From the IMG/VR virus record IMGVR_UViG_3300030430_003815: DNA of 64,000 nt; one strand, written 5' to 3'. Below are positions 39,678-48,287 of the stretch, piece after piece. The translations under genes were made by a program, and so were the position numbers. Within the stretch, counting starts at the first letter, position 1, and each line of letters opens with the position of its first letter. The stretch is from an uncultured virus (IMG/VR IMGVR_UViG_3300030430_003815) (lineage: Duplodnaviria; Heunggongvirae; Uroviricota; Caudoviricetes). A model generated the notes under the pieces. It searched no databases, had not been told where the DNA came from, and saw nothing but the letters and a program-made list of their open reading frames with translations.

Positions 39678-40352
39678 ATGGAACTGAATGAAGACACTCT
39701 TCAGATATTGAAAAACTTTGCTAGTATAAATTCAAACATTGTGTTTGATGAAGGTAGTACAGTTAAGACTATATCTGAAGCAAAAAATATATTATCGGAA
39801 GCTACTATATCAGAAAGCTTTCCACAAAGATTTGGTGTTTACGATTTAAATGAATTCTTAGGAGTACTTGGTTTAGTAGACAAACCTTCATTAAAGTTTG
39901 AAAAAGACTATGCTACTATTAACGATTCAACAGGTCGTTCAAAAGTAAAGTATTTCTTCTCAGATACTGAAATGTTAACAACACCTTCTAAAACAATTAC
40001 AATGCCAGAAGCAGATGTAACCTTTACTCTTGATGCCGATACACTTGGCAAGATAAGAAGAGCTGCTGGCGCTTTAGGTCATAAAGAACTTAAAGTAGAA
40101 CCAAGTGGTGGAGCTGTATCTCTAACTGTTACATCAACTGAAAATTCAACTGCAAATACTTTCTCAATCGATGTAGATGGTAAAGCAAATGTTGATAAAT
40201 ACAATTTTATTTTTAATATAAGTAATCTCAAGATGTTATCTGGAGACTATGACGTAGAAATATCTAAGAAATTAATATCTAAATTCACGAACTCTCAAAG
40301 CAATGTGAGTTATTGGATAGCCCTTGAAAAAACATCAACCTATGGAGTATAA
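39678..40352 (+). CDS. gp45: Sliding clamp gp45
   Basis: LKNFASINSNI, FGVYDLNEFL, YWIALE. Confidence 0.94.
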   Translation: MELNEDTLQILKNFASINSNIVFDEGSTVKTISEAKNILSEATISESFPQRFGVYDLNEFLGVLGLVDKPSLKFEKDYATINDSTGRSKVKYFFSDTEMLTTPSKTITMPEADVTFTLDADTLGKIRRAAGALGHKELKVEPSGGAVSLTVTSTENSTANTFSIDVDGKANVDKYNFIFNISNLKMLSGDYDVEISKKLISKFTNSQSNVSYWIALEKTSTYGV

Positions 40353-40357
40353 TAGTT

Positions 40358-40582
40358 ATGGCTGAAAAAAATGAAACCCCTGCTGTAGACGAGCAAAAGA
40401 AAAAAGGCATGGAGCTTTTAAATCAAATATCTCGTAGTGCAATTGCAGTTATTGATACTGTAACACAACGAGGTGGATTTCGTGGTGAAGAACTCTCCAC
40501 AATCGGTAACCTTCGAGATCAGTGCACACAAGGTGTACAGGTCGTCGAATCTTGGAAGCAAGAGGAAGCGGAAGCCGAATAA
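40358..40582 (+). CDS. Small hypothetical protein, similar to 4619..4864
   Basis: VIDTVTQRGGFRGEELSTIG motif. Confidence 0.7.
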   Translation: MAEKNETPAVDEQKKKGMELLNQISRSAIAVIDTVTQRGGFRGEELSTIGNLRDQCTQGVQVVESWKQEEAEAE

Positions 40583-40603
40583 TAACTGAGGATAAATTAT
40601 ATT

Positions 40604-41542
40604 ATGAATGACACTTTCTTGTGGGTCGAAAAGTATCGACCCCAGACTGTTGCTGAAACTATCCTATCAGATAATCTTAAGTCTACATTTCAAAAGATAG
40701 TTGAATCCAAAGAGATTCCAAATATGTTGTTTACTGGTACAGCTGGTACTGGTAAAACTACTGTTGCTCGAGCTTTATGTAATGAACTCGACTTAGATTA
40801 TATTTTGATAAACGGTTCTGAGGAAGGCAACATTGATACACTTAGAACTAAAATAAAACAATTTGCATCATCTGTATCTTTACAAGGCGGTTATAAAGTA
40901 GTTATACTCGATGAGGCAGATTATCTTAATGCACAATCAACTCAACCCGCACTTCGTGGATTCATAGAAGAATTTGCGAACAATTGTCGTTTTATTCTTA
41001 CATGTAACTTTAAGAATCGCATCATTGAACCTCTACATTCAAGATGTTCAGTGTATGAGTTTAATACATCTAAAAAAGACTTACAAGGATTATGTGCGCA
41101 ATTTCTTAAACATATTGGAAAGATACTTGATAAAGAAGGAATAGGCTATGATCAAATGGTCCTAGTTGATCTTATTATGAAGTATGTACCGGATTGGCGT
41201 AGAGTACTAAATGAATTACAAAGATATTCTATCAGTGGTAGAATCGATGCAGGTATTCTTGTCAATCTAAGCGATAAATCTTTTGATGATTTGTTTACAT
41301 ATTTAAAATCAAAAGACTTTAAGAAAATGAGACAATGGGTTGTTAATAATATCGACACCGATGCTTCTTCTATATTTAGAGGTATCTATGATAGAATGAT
41401 TGATAAAGTTAAACCTCAATCTGTTCCACAACTCGTTTTGATACTTGCTGATTATCAATATAAAAATGCATTTGTTGCTGATATGGAATTGAATGTGGTG
41501 GCGTGCATGACAGAAATAATGGCAAATGTGGAATTTGTATAA
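40604..41542 (+). CDS. gp44: Clamp loader AAA+ subunit gp44
   Basis: LWVEKYRP, GTAGTGKTT, DEAD, SRC. Confidence 0.95.
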   Translation: MNDTFLWVEKYRPQTVAETILSDNLKSTFQKIVESKEIPNMLFTGTAGTGKTTVARALCNELDLDYILINGSEEGNIDTLRTKIKQFASSVSLQGGYKVVILDEADYLNAQSTQPALRGFIEEFANNCRFILTCNFKNRIIEPLHSRCSVYEFNTSKKDLQGLCAQFLKHIGKILDKEGIGYDQMVLVDLIMKYVPDWRRVLNELQRYSISGRIDAGILVNLSDKSFDDLFTYLKSKDFKKMRQWVVNNIDTDASSIFRGIYDRMIDKVKPQSVPQLVLILADYQYKNAFVADMELNVVACMTEIMANVEFV

Positions 41543-41696
41543 AATATGGCTATACTCTCTGGGATCGTACTCAGATGATAAAACAAAACCTTATGATAAC
41601 TATATTATAATAGTACGAACATCATGGGTTTTATTACATATCTGTACTTGTCTTATGATTATAGCTGGCAATGGAAAATTATTAGGGTGGTGGTAA
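41526..41696 (+). CDS. Small membrane protein (56 aa), not in the ORF track
   Basis: Manual translation MWNLYKIWLYSLGSYSDDKTKPYDNYIIIVRTSWVLLHICTCLMIIAGNGKLLGWW; fills the gap and abuts the next ATG. Confidence 0.65.
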   Translation: MWNLYKIWLYSLGSYSDDKTKPYDNYIIIVRTSWVLLHICTCLMIIAGNGKLLGWW

Positions 41697-42101
41697 ATGG
41701 CTTTTATAACTGGCGCAAACTTATTTACATCAGGTGACTTTATAAGTCATGCTGGTTTACCTTTAAAATGGAAAATTGAATGTGATGCAATCAGACCAGA
41801 AGAATGGGATTGCTTAGCACAAATGATAATGGAATATCATGGTAGCATGCCGTTTAAAGAAGTAAAAGGAATTCCTACCGGTGGAATGGCTTTGGCTTCT
41901 GCCTTGGATAAATATAAGAGTCCTGATGCCGATGATATGGTAATGGTAGTTGACGACGTGTGGACTACTGGTATGAGTATGCGGGACTTTGTAAAAGAAA
42001 ACTATCCAGGCTATCTTCAAGCTCAAGTAAAAAAGTGGGTCGTGTTTGCAAGAAGACCACCAGATGACGGAACAAGAGCATTATTTACGATGCCTGGTTA
42101 A
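41697..42101 (+). CDS. Type I phosphoribosyltransferase (orotate/adenine PRT-like)
   Basis: PRPP-binding [11 protein letters not shown] motif; GIPTGG. Confidence 0.8.
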   Translation: MAFITGANLFTSGDFISHAGLPLKWKIECDAIRPEEWDCLAQMIMEYHGSMPFKEVKGIPTGGMALASALDKYKSPDADDMVMVVDDVWTTGMSMRDFVKENYPGYLQAQVKKWVVFARRPPDDGTRALFTMPG

Positions 42102-42115
42102 TAAAGGAGAATCCA

Positions 42116-43189
42116 GTGCGCATAGAAAACGAACAAAAATTAGACTATGGTAATGTTCTGATAAGACCTAAACGTTCTACAGCAGGTAGTAGAAAAGAAG
42201 TCGAACTTAAAAGAAAATTTATATTTAAATACTCGAATGGTGGGGTTCCGTATTATGAGAGAATGTATAACTACACTGGAATTCCAATTATAGCAAGTAA
42301 CATGGACGGTGTTGGAACATTTCAAATGGCAGATAAACTTGCTGATCTTGGTCTAATGACATGTTTAGTTAAAACATATTCAGTAACAGAACTTACAGAC
42401 TTCTTTCTTCACACTGACCATCTAAAAGTTGAAAAAAGAACTAACAATGTCATATATTCTATGGGAATAAGTGAAAGTGACCAAGAAAAATTTAAAGAAG
42501 TATATAAAGAAGTTGGCTCTATGATTAGGTATGTCTGTATTGATGTAGCAAACGGTTATAGCGAAAGATTTTTAAATTTTTGTAAACAATTCAGAGATAC
42601 ATATCCAAACATAATACTTATGGCAGGTAATGTAGTAACTGGCGAAATGACAGAGGAGTTGATACTAAATGGAACAGATATTGTTAAAGTTGGAATTGGT
42701 CCGGGATCTGTATGCACGACACGGATTCAAACTGGTGTTGGTTATCCTCAGCTTAGTGCTGTTATTGAATGCGCTGATGCTGCACATGGTCTCGATGGAC
42801 ATATCATTGCTGATGGAGGATGTTCAACGCCAGGAGATGTTGCTAAAGCTTTTGCAGGAGGAGCAGACTTCGTAATGCTTGGTGGAATGTTTGCAGGCCA
42901 TGACGAAGGTGGCGGAACTATTAACACTGACAATAACAGTGTTCAGTTTTATGGGATGAGTTCTGAAAAGGCTAATGAAAAACACTTTGGTGGTCTTAAT
43001 AATTATAGAGCAGCTGAAGGAAAAGTAGTTGAAGTTCCTTACAAAGGAAAGGTTGCCGATACAGTTCAAGAAATACTTGGTGGAATCAGATCTGCCTGTA
43101 CATATACTGGAGCTATCAAACTAAAACAATTAAGTAAATGTACAACATTTATTAGGTGTTATGATACACATAATAGAGTTTACGAATAA
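42116..43189 (+). CDS. guaC: GMP reductase
   Basis: [54 protein letters not shown]. Confidence 0.93.
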   Translation: MRIENEQKLDYGNVLIRPKRSTAGSRKEVELKRKFIFKYSNGGVPYYERMYNYTGIPIIASNMDGVGTFQMADKLADLGLMTCLVKTYSVTELTDFFLHTDHLKVEKRTNNVIYSMGISESDQEKFKEVYKEVGSMIRYVCIDVANGYSERFLNFCKQFRDTYPNIILMAGNVVTGEMTEELILNGTDIVKVGIGPGSVCTTRIQTGVGYPQLSAVIECADAAHGLDGHIIADGGCSTPGDVAKAFAGGADFVMLGGMFAGHDEGGGTINTDNNSVQFYGMSSEKANEKHFGGLNNYRAAEGKVVEVPYKGKVADTVQEILGGIRSACTYTGAIKLKQLSKCTTFIRCYDTHNRVYE

Positions 43190-43207
43190 CAAAAAATATG
43201 GTATAAT
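43179..43207 (+). promoter_or_regulatory. Early-type promoter (leaderless transcript likely)
   Basis: TTTACG-N17-TATAAT, 5 nt before ATG 43213. Confidence 0.65.
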
Positions 43208-43212
43208 ATATT

Positions 43213-43797
43213 ATGGATAATGCAGTTATATATGATTTTGAAACACTCTCGCAAGATACAATAAAAGGTGTGGTTACTTGTTTAGCTATTCTTAAATTTG
43301 ATGAATCTAGATTCATAAGTAAACCTTACTCATTCAAAGAACTTGTTAATGATGCTAAAGTTATAAAATTTAATGTTAGCGAACAAGTTAAAAAATATGG
43401 AAGAAAAATAGATAAGAGTACTTTAGATTGGTGGGCAGACCAAGGTCCTGAAGCAAAAGAATGGATAACACCATCTGATAAAGATAAAGACATAGATGAG
43501 CTATATGATTTCTTTGTGGAATCAATAGGACCTACCGCAACTAAATTTTATACAAGAGGAAATACTTTTGACCCAATTCTACTAGAAAGTATTATGAAAC
43601 AAACGCACAAACCATTACCATATAATTGGTGGGAAATCAGAGATACTAGATCTGTAGTGGAAGGTCTAGCTTGGGGATCAGAATTAGACAACAAATTTAC
43701 TCCACCAGATTGCGATGAGTTAGTAAAACATAACCCAACACATGATATCGCATTAGATGTCATGAGAATACAAACATTAGTACAGGCAATACAATGA
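43213..43797 (+). CDS. dexA: DexA-like DEDD 3'-5' exonuclease
   Basis: DFETL, RGNTFD, WWEIRDTRS, HNPTHDIALD. Confidence 0.8.
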   Translation: MDNAVIYDFETLSQDTIKGVVTCLAILKFDESRFISKPYSFKELVNDAKVIKFNVSEQVKKYGRKIDKSTLDWWADQGPEAKEWITPSDKDKDIDELYDFFVESIGPTATKFYTRGNTFDPILLESIMKQTHKPLPYNWWEIRDTRSVVEGLAWGSELDNKFTPPDCDELVKHNPTHDIALDVMRIQTLVQAIQ

Positions 43798-44546
43798 AAT
43801 TAACATTAATAGGATATGGATTTGTTGGAAAGGCTATGCATCATGTTTTACACAAATGGCATGATGTAAAAATAGTTGATCCACAATATAATGATAACAA
43901 AATAGAAAATGATTCTGATGGATACGTTATTTGTGTTCCAACACCGAGTTCTCATGACGGTTCTTGTGATTTTTCTATAGTAGAAGATGTTGTAAGACAA
44001 TGTCCAAAAGATAAACCTATTTTAGTAAAGAGCACGATTTGTTTAGAAGGATGGAGGAACTTACACCAATATGAAAAAAGTTTAAATTTTAGTCCAGAAT
44101 TCTTGACAGCCGCTAATTCTATATCTGATGCTGAAAGTAAAGAACACATGTTATTAGGTGGCCCAGATATAGATTTTTGGAGTGATACATTTTTAATGTA
44201 TAAAAAAATAATAGCACCTATAGAAGAATTGATACTTACAAAATATATAATAAATTGTTTTTTAGCATCAAAAGTTTCTTTCTTTAATGACATATATAAA
44301 TTATGTAAAGCAACTAATATTAATTATGAAAAGGTTTGTGAACTTGTACAAACCGATGAAAGAATAGGATCAAGTCACATGCAAGTGCCAGGACCTGATG
44401 GTCAAATGGGATTTGGTGGTATGTGTTTTCCAAAAGACACAAAAGCTCTAGTTCATACTGGAATACATTTTAGAAGTCCAATGACATTACTAAATGAAAT
44501 AGTTGCTTTAAATGATATAATAAGAGATGATAATGAACCACTTTGA
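43794..44546 (+). CDS. UDP-glucose/GDP-mannose dehydrogenase family protein (short form)
   Basis: GYGFVG, ICVPTP, KST, PEFL, GFGGMCFPKD. Confidence 0.88.
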   Translation: MKLTLIGYGFVGKAMHHVLHKWHDVKIVDPQYNDNKIENDSDGYVICVPTPSSHDGSCDFSIVEDVVRQCPKDKPILVKSTICLEGWRNLHQYEKSLNFSPEFLTAANSISDAESKEHMLLGGPDIDFWSDTFLMYKKIIAPIEELILTKYIINCFLASKVSFFNDIYKLCKATNINYEKVCELVQTDERIGSSHMQVPGPDGQMGFGGMCFPKDTKALVHTGIHFRSPMTLLNEIVALNDIIRDDNEPL

Positions 44547-44913
44547 TTATTTAAATAGTATAAACGATACTAAAAAAGATATTATGGTTGATGATCTTGC
44601 TGAGAAAGATTATAATGCATTTATGGTTAACAGAGGATTATCATACTACAACGACACTGTAATATATGCAAATGAAATGAATAAACATGCTCATATTGAT
44701 TCACGTATGCAATATGATTTTTTAAAACAAATAATAAGAAAAAGAAAAAGATTCTCTAAATGGAATAAAGCAGATAAATCTGCAGATATTGAAGTTATAA
44801 AAGAATATTATGGTTATTCACGAGATAAAGCTTATCAAGTTCTTTCAATACTCACGAAAGATCAATTAGATATTATTCGTAAGAAGATCAGTAAAGGCGG
44901 TAGAAGTCGGTAA
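44527..44913 (+). CDS. gp62: Clamp loader small subunit gp62
   Basis: DYLNSIN, FMVNRGLSY, ANEMN, RKRFSKW, KEYYGYS. Confidence 0.92.
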   Translation: MIMNHFDYLNSINDTKKDIMVDDLAEKDYNAFMVNRGLSYYNDTVIYANEMNKHAHIDSRMQYDFLKQIIRKRKRFSKWNKADKSADIEVIKEYYGYSRDKAYQVLSILTKDQLDIIRKKISKGGRSR

Positions 44914-44916
44914 TTT

Positions 44917-44924
44917 TATAAATA
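44917..44924 (+). promoter_or_regulatory. Late promoter motif TATAAATA upstream of regA
   Basis: Exact intergenic motif. Confidence 0.6.
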
Positions 44925-44966
44925 GTATCAACGAGTAATATAATATAATAAACCGTGAGTTTTAAA

Positions 44967-45380
44967 ATGGAAGAATTAGACACTTTAGTTGAGTGGAAAC
45001 CAGATCTAATGTTAGAGGTTTCTCTTAACGAACCTGACGATTTTTTAAAAGTCAGAGAGACACTTACCCGAATTGGTGTAGCATCAAGAAAAGATAAAAA
45101 GTTATATCAGTCCTGCCACATCCTCCACAAGCAAGGGCGATACTTTATTGTGCACTTTAAAGAACTATTTTTATTAGATGGAAAAAAATCTAACTTAGAA
45201 GAAGCTGATATAGCTAGAAGAAATACTATAGCAACCCTCATGTCAGACTGGGGTCTTGTAACTATTGAAGGTGTGGATAACTTAAATCCAATGGCACCAC
45301 TTAGACAAATTAAGATTATATCATTTAAGGATAAGAACAATTGGGAACTGTCTCCGAAATACAACATCGGCAGGAAATAA
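44967..45380 (+). CDS. regA: Translational repressor RegA
   Basis: DDFLKVRETLTRIG, QSCHILHKQGRYFIVHFKELF. Confidence 0.96.
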   Translation: MEELDTLVEWKPDLMLEVSLNEPDDFLKVRETLTRIGVASRKDKKLYQSCHILHKQGRYFIVHFKELFLLDGKKSNLEEADIARRNTIATLMSDWGLVTIEGVDNLNPMAPLRQIKIISFKDKNNWELSPKYNIGRK

Positions 45381-46129
45381 TAATATGGGTAAAAAGTAAG
45401 AACGAGTTTGATTATTATCTAGCAGACGAAACATTCTTAGACTGCTTTACCGATGTTGATGTAAAATATAGATGCTGGTGGGCTGATCGATACAGAAAGT
45501 ATGATCGATCAGAAAATAACATTTACCTTATTCCTATCGGCGACTTAGGAGAAATACCTCAAAAACTTGAAGATATTTTTTTCGATTTATCGGTCTTTTT
45601 AACAAATTTTAATATTAAAGTAGTTATTAGTTGTGGTCAGTTATCAATCGATAAACCTTTACCTAAATCCCCAATTCCTTTTAAAATACTATGTAATAGT
45701 AGTAGCATTGATGATGATAGAATAATTTCTATGAATACTTTTCCTGTAAAACTATGGAATTTTCACGGCTCTAATAATATACAATACAGAAAGTTTAATG
45801 TTTTAAGAGACATCGAGAATGACGTTATAGTTGATGATAAGGAATGGTGGGATACAACAGAAATGGAAAAATCTGCTGGTGTAAAAGTTACTAATGATTG
45901 GACTTTATGGAAAGCTTTAATGATAGGTCAACCTTTTATTTATGATGGAGACATTGATCTCTATAATCTAGGGTTTAAAAAATATCCTTGGATGAACGAA
46001 AAAGTTGATAAGATGTTTGTTAGAAAGAATTCTTATTATATCAATAAGCACAACAAAGAAAATTTTAATAAAATAGTAAAAGAAAATACTAACTATTCAT
46101 TTTTTGCAAAACAGGTATTTACTTTTTGA
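45341..46129 (+). CDS. Hypothetical protein, weakly glycosyltransferase-like at the C-terminus; start uncertain
   Basis: KALMIGQPFIYDG...LGFK resembles a motif of marine-phage GT-like proteins. Confidence 0.45.
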   Translation: MGTVSEIQHRQEIIIWVKSKNEFDYYLADETFLDCFTDVDVKYRCWWADRYRKYDRSENNIYLIPIGDLGEIPQKLEDIFFDLSVFLTNFNIKVVISCGQLSIDKPLPKSPIPFKILCNSSSIDDDRIISMNTFPVKLWNFHGSNNIQYRKFNVLRDIENDVIVDDKEWWDTTEMEKSAGVKVTNDWTLWKALMIGQPFIYDGDIDLYNLGFKKYPWMNEKVDKMFVRKNSYYINKHNKENFNKIVKENTNYSFFAKQVFTF

Positions 46130-46146
46130 ATAAATTATGGTATAAT
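46118..46146 (+). promoter_or_regulatory. Early-type promoter for hsp20
   Basis: TTTACT-N17-TATAAT with TG extension. Confidence 0.7.
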
Positions 46147-46164
46147 AATATTATATATAGTTAT

Positions 46165-46221
46165 AGGCGCTGAATAATCAGGCCTTAAATTTTAACCTTG
46201 CTAAATTAGGAGGCAACAATG
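46165..46221 (+). promoter_or_regulatory. ROSE-like RNA thermometer in the hsp20 5' UTR
   Basis: Hairpin AGGC(G)CTGA-ATAA-TCAGGCCT, then CCTTGCT-AAATT-AGGAGG, in which UUGCU with a bulged G pairs with the SD. Confidence 0.65.
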
Positions 46222-46677
46222 ACTGGTACTTTTATGTTCCCTAGGAACGCTTTTTTAGGTTTCGACCATCTTTTTGACGAACTCGAACAAATCACAAATC
46301 ACGCAAATGACTCATACCCACCTCACAATGTAATTAAACATGGTGATCACAAGTATGATATAGAATTAGCGATTGCTGGATTCTCTAAGGACGATATTAA
46401 TATCGAACTGAAAGAACACGTATTAACGATTAAAGGTGATAGTGGTAAAGAGAAAGACAGAAAATATGTCCACAAAGGCATATCAGGTCGGAAATTCATG
46501 AAATCGTTCAGGCTATCAGAGTACGCAGAAGTCAGCGGTGCAGATCTAACGGATGGAATTTTAACTGTCAGTATCGAAGTTATTCTACCGAAAGAGAAGC
46601 GACCCCAACTTATCGAAATAGGAACGGGGAGAAAAACCAATGGCAGTAGTGCTCAATTACTTAACGAGACTATTTAA
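46219..46677 (+). CDS. hsp20: Small heat-shock protein Hsp20 (IbpA-like)
   Basis: FLGFDHLF, YPPHN, ELAIAGF, YVHKGIS, ADLTDGILT. Confidence 0.95.
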   Translation: MTGTFMFPRNAFLGFDHLFDELEQITNHANDSYPPHNVIKHGDHKYDIELAIAGFSKDDINIELKEHVLTIKGDSGKEKDRKYVHKGISGRKFMKSFRLSEYAEVSGADLTDGILTVSIEVILPKEKRPQLIEIGTGRKTNGSSAQLLNETI

Positions 46678-46801
46678 TTCTGAAAAACCAAACGCGCAAG
46701 AAAGATTCCTTTCTTTTTCTAAGGATGTTGCCGATTTGGAAAGAAGAACTAAAGAACTCATACATTCAAATAAAATACCTTCCTATAGGTATTGGATTTA
46801 A
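46640..46801 (+). CDS. 53-aa protein, DUF3563-like, not in the ORF track
   Basis: Manual translation MAVVLNYLTRLFNSEKPNAQERFLSFSKDVADLERRTKEL...; GGGGAG SD; ExxLxxSxDxxDLExR motif. Confidence 0.55.
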   Translation: MAVVLNYLTRLFNSEKPNAQERFLSFSKDVADLERRTKELIHSNKIPSYRYWI

Positions 46802-46807
46802 TCTAGG

Positions 46808-46836
46808 GAGCGGGCTCCGGCCCGCTCTAAACTTTT
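46808..46836 (+). terminator. Terminator-like hairpin
   Basis: GAGCGGGC-TCCG-GCCCGCTC followed by taaactttt. Confidence 0.65.
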
Positions 46837-46852
46837 AAAAGAGGATAAAACA

Positions 46853-47128
46853 ATGTCAGCAGTAGCAACAGCGTTTTTTGAAAGGACTTGTCATATATGC
46901 GATGCCGTAAATCTTTTTGTATATAAACTATACATTAAAGCAAAATGGAGTAAAGAACTCAAAAGAAATCATATTGCTTTTGAAAATTTACTACAAAAAT
47001 ACGACAGTGAGGCAGGTTATCATTTAAATAGAATGAATGAAGCAACAAATAAAAAATATCAAGATAAATTAAACACAACTAAATTAAAACCTTTTAAGTG
47101 GGGTTGGGAAGATAATGGAGAAGACTAA
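46853..47128 (+). CDS. Hypothetical protein
   Basis: ORF with GAGGA SD. Confidence 0.6.
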   Translation: MSAVATAFFERTCHICDAVNLFVYKLYIKAKWSKELKRNHIAFENLLQKYDSEAGYHLNRMNEATNKKYQDKLNTTKLKPFKWGWEDNGED

Positions 47129-47129
47129 T

Positions 47130-47564
47130 ATGAGAAACTTTTATTTAATTTTTATGACTGTATGTTTTATGGGTGGTATGTTATTATCTGCAAAAGCAGA
47201 AAATATATCAGTAGACATGCTGAACAAAAAAGGTAAAGAGAGAATGGCTTATAGTGAAGACGTCGTAAGAGTCGCTATTGGAGATACAGTCACTTGGGAA
47301 CCTACAGAAAAAGGCCACAACGTACAATTTATTGCTGGACCAGATGGATGGAAACTTCCTAAAAAGTCTAAAATTAATAAAGTAGTTGAGATCACTTTTG
47401 ATACGCCAGGTATGTATCTTTATCAGTGCACACCTCATGCAACAATGGGTATGATCGGAGTTGTGATAGTTGGTGATGATGTATCTAATAAAGATGTCAT
47501 AGCAAAAGCTAAAGTAAGAGGAAGCTCAAAGAAAAAATTAAAGAAAATACTGAAAAATATTTAA
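47130..47564 (+). CDS. Pseudoazurin-like blue copper protein with signal peptide
   Basis: Signal peptide ending AKA; mature ENISVDMLNK, GDTVTW, KGHNV, YQCTPHATMGM type-1 Cu ligands. Confidence 0.9.
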   Translation: MRNFYLIFMTVCFMGGMLLSAKAENISVDMLNKKGKERMAYSEDVVRVAIGDTVTWEPTEKGHNVQFIAGPDGWKLPKKSKINKVVEITFDTPGMYLYQCTPHATMGMIGVVIVGDDVSNKDVIAKAKVRGSSKKKLKKILKNI

Positions 47565-47579
47565 ATTATAAATTATATT

Positions 47580-48002
47580 ATGAAAATTAAAATACCTGAA
47601 TTTTGTTTGTCACAGTGGCTATTACGTCTACCTTTAGCCATTGTGTTTATTCAACAAGGACTCGACAAGATTCCTGTTGATATTGAAACTGCAGCATCAT
47701 TTGAACTATCCTACTTAGTATGGTGGTTTGTAGCTTATGGAGAACTATTAGCTGGAATCGGATTACTAGTAGGAGGTTTGATGAATAAACCCTACCTTCC
47801 AATATTAGATAGATGTTATATACCAGACATTGGTGATACACTAACACGATTTAGTGGAATCACAATGTGTTGTATAATGACAGGTGTTATATGGATTGGC
47901 GAACCAGCAAGCTTAATGGACGTTATTCTGTATGATAACCTTCATGTCTTTTTATGGGTAGGTGGAACATTTTTTGCTCTACGTGGAAATAGAGCAAAGT
48001 AA
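47580..48002 (+). CDS. DoxX-family membrane protein
   Basis: LLRLPLAIVFIQQGLDK, VAYGELLAGIGLLVG, TRFSG. Confidence 0.75.
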   Translation: MKIKIPEFCLSQWLLRLPLAIVFIQQGLDKIPVDIETAASFELSYLVWWFVAYGELLAGIGLLVGGLMNKPYLPILDRCYIPDIGDTLTRFSGITMCCIMTGVIWIGEPASLMDVILYDNLHVFLWVGGTFFALRGNRAK

Positions 48003-48021
48003 CACAACACAGGAGGACAAT

Positions 48022-48252
48022 ATGTCTAAAAATCCGTATGAGATCCGTCTCGAAACTTTAAAAATGGCAAAAGAAATGTTAGATCAACAATGGCAAATGG
48101 GTGAAAGACTCATGGGCGAGATGGTCGAACAAGCCAAAGAAACTCAAGATAATGTCGTTGAAACATTTGAAAAGTATGTTCCAAAGATGTATCAACCAGA
48201 TGAAGTTATTAAAAAAGCAAATGAGTTTTATGACTTTATCACAAAGAAATAG
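48022..48252 (+). CDS. Hypothetical phage protein
   Basis: AGGAGG SD; MSKNPYEIRLETLKMAKEML. Confidence 0.7.
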   Translation: MSKNPYEIRLETLKMAKEMLDQQWQMGERLMGEMVEQAKETQDNVVETFEKYVPKMYQPDEVIKKANEFYDFITKK

Positions 48253-48281
48253 TTTACAATTCAACTAAATTATGATATAAT
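48253..48281 (+). promoter_or_regulatory. Early-type promoter for gp43 (leaderless likely)
   Basis: TTTACA-N17-TATAAT, 6 nt before ATG 48288. Confidence 0.75.
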
Positions 48282-48287
48282 TACAGT

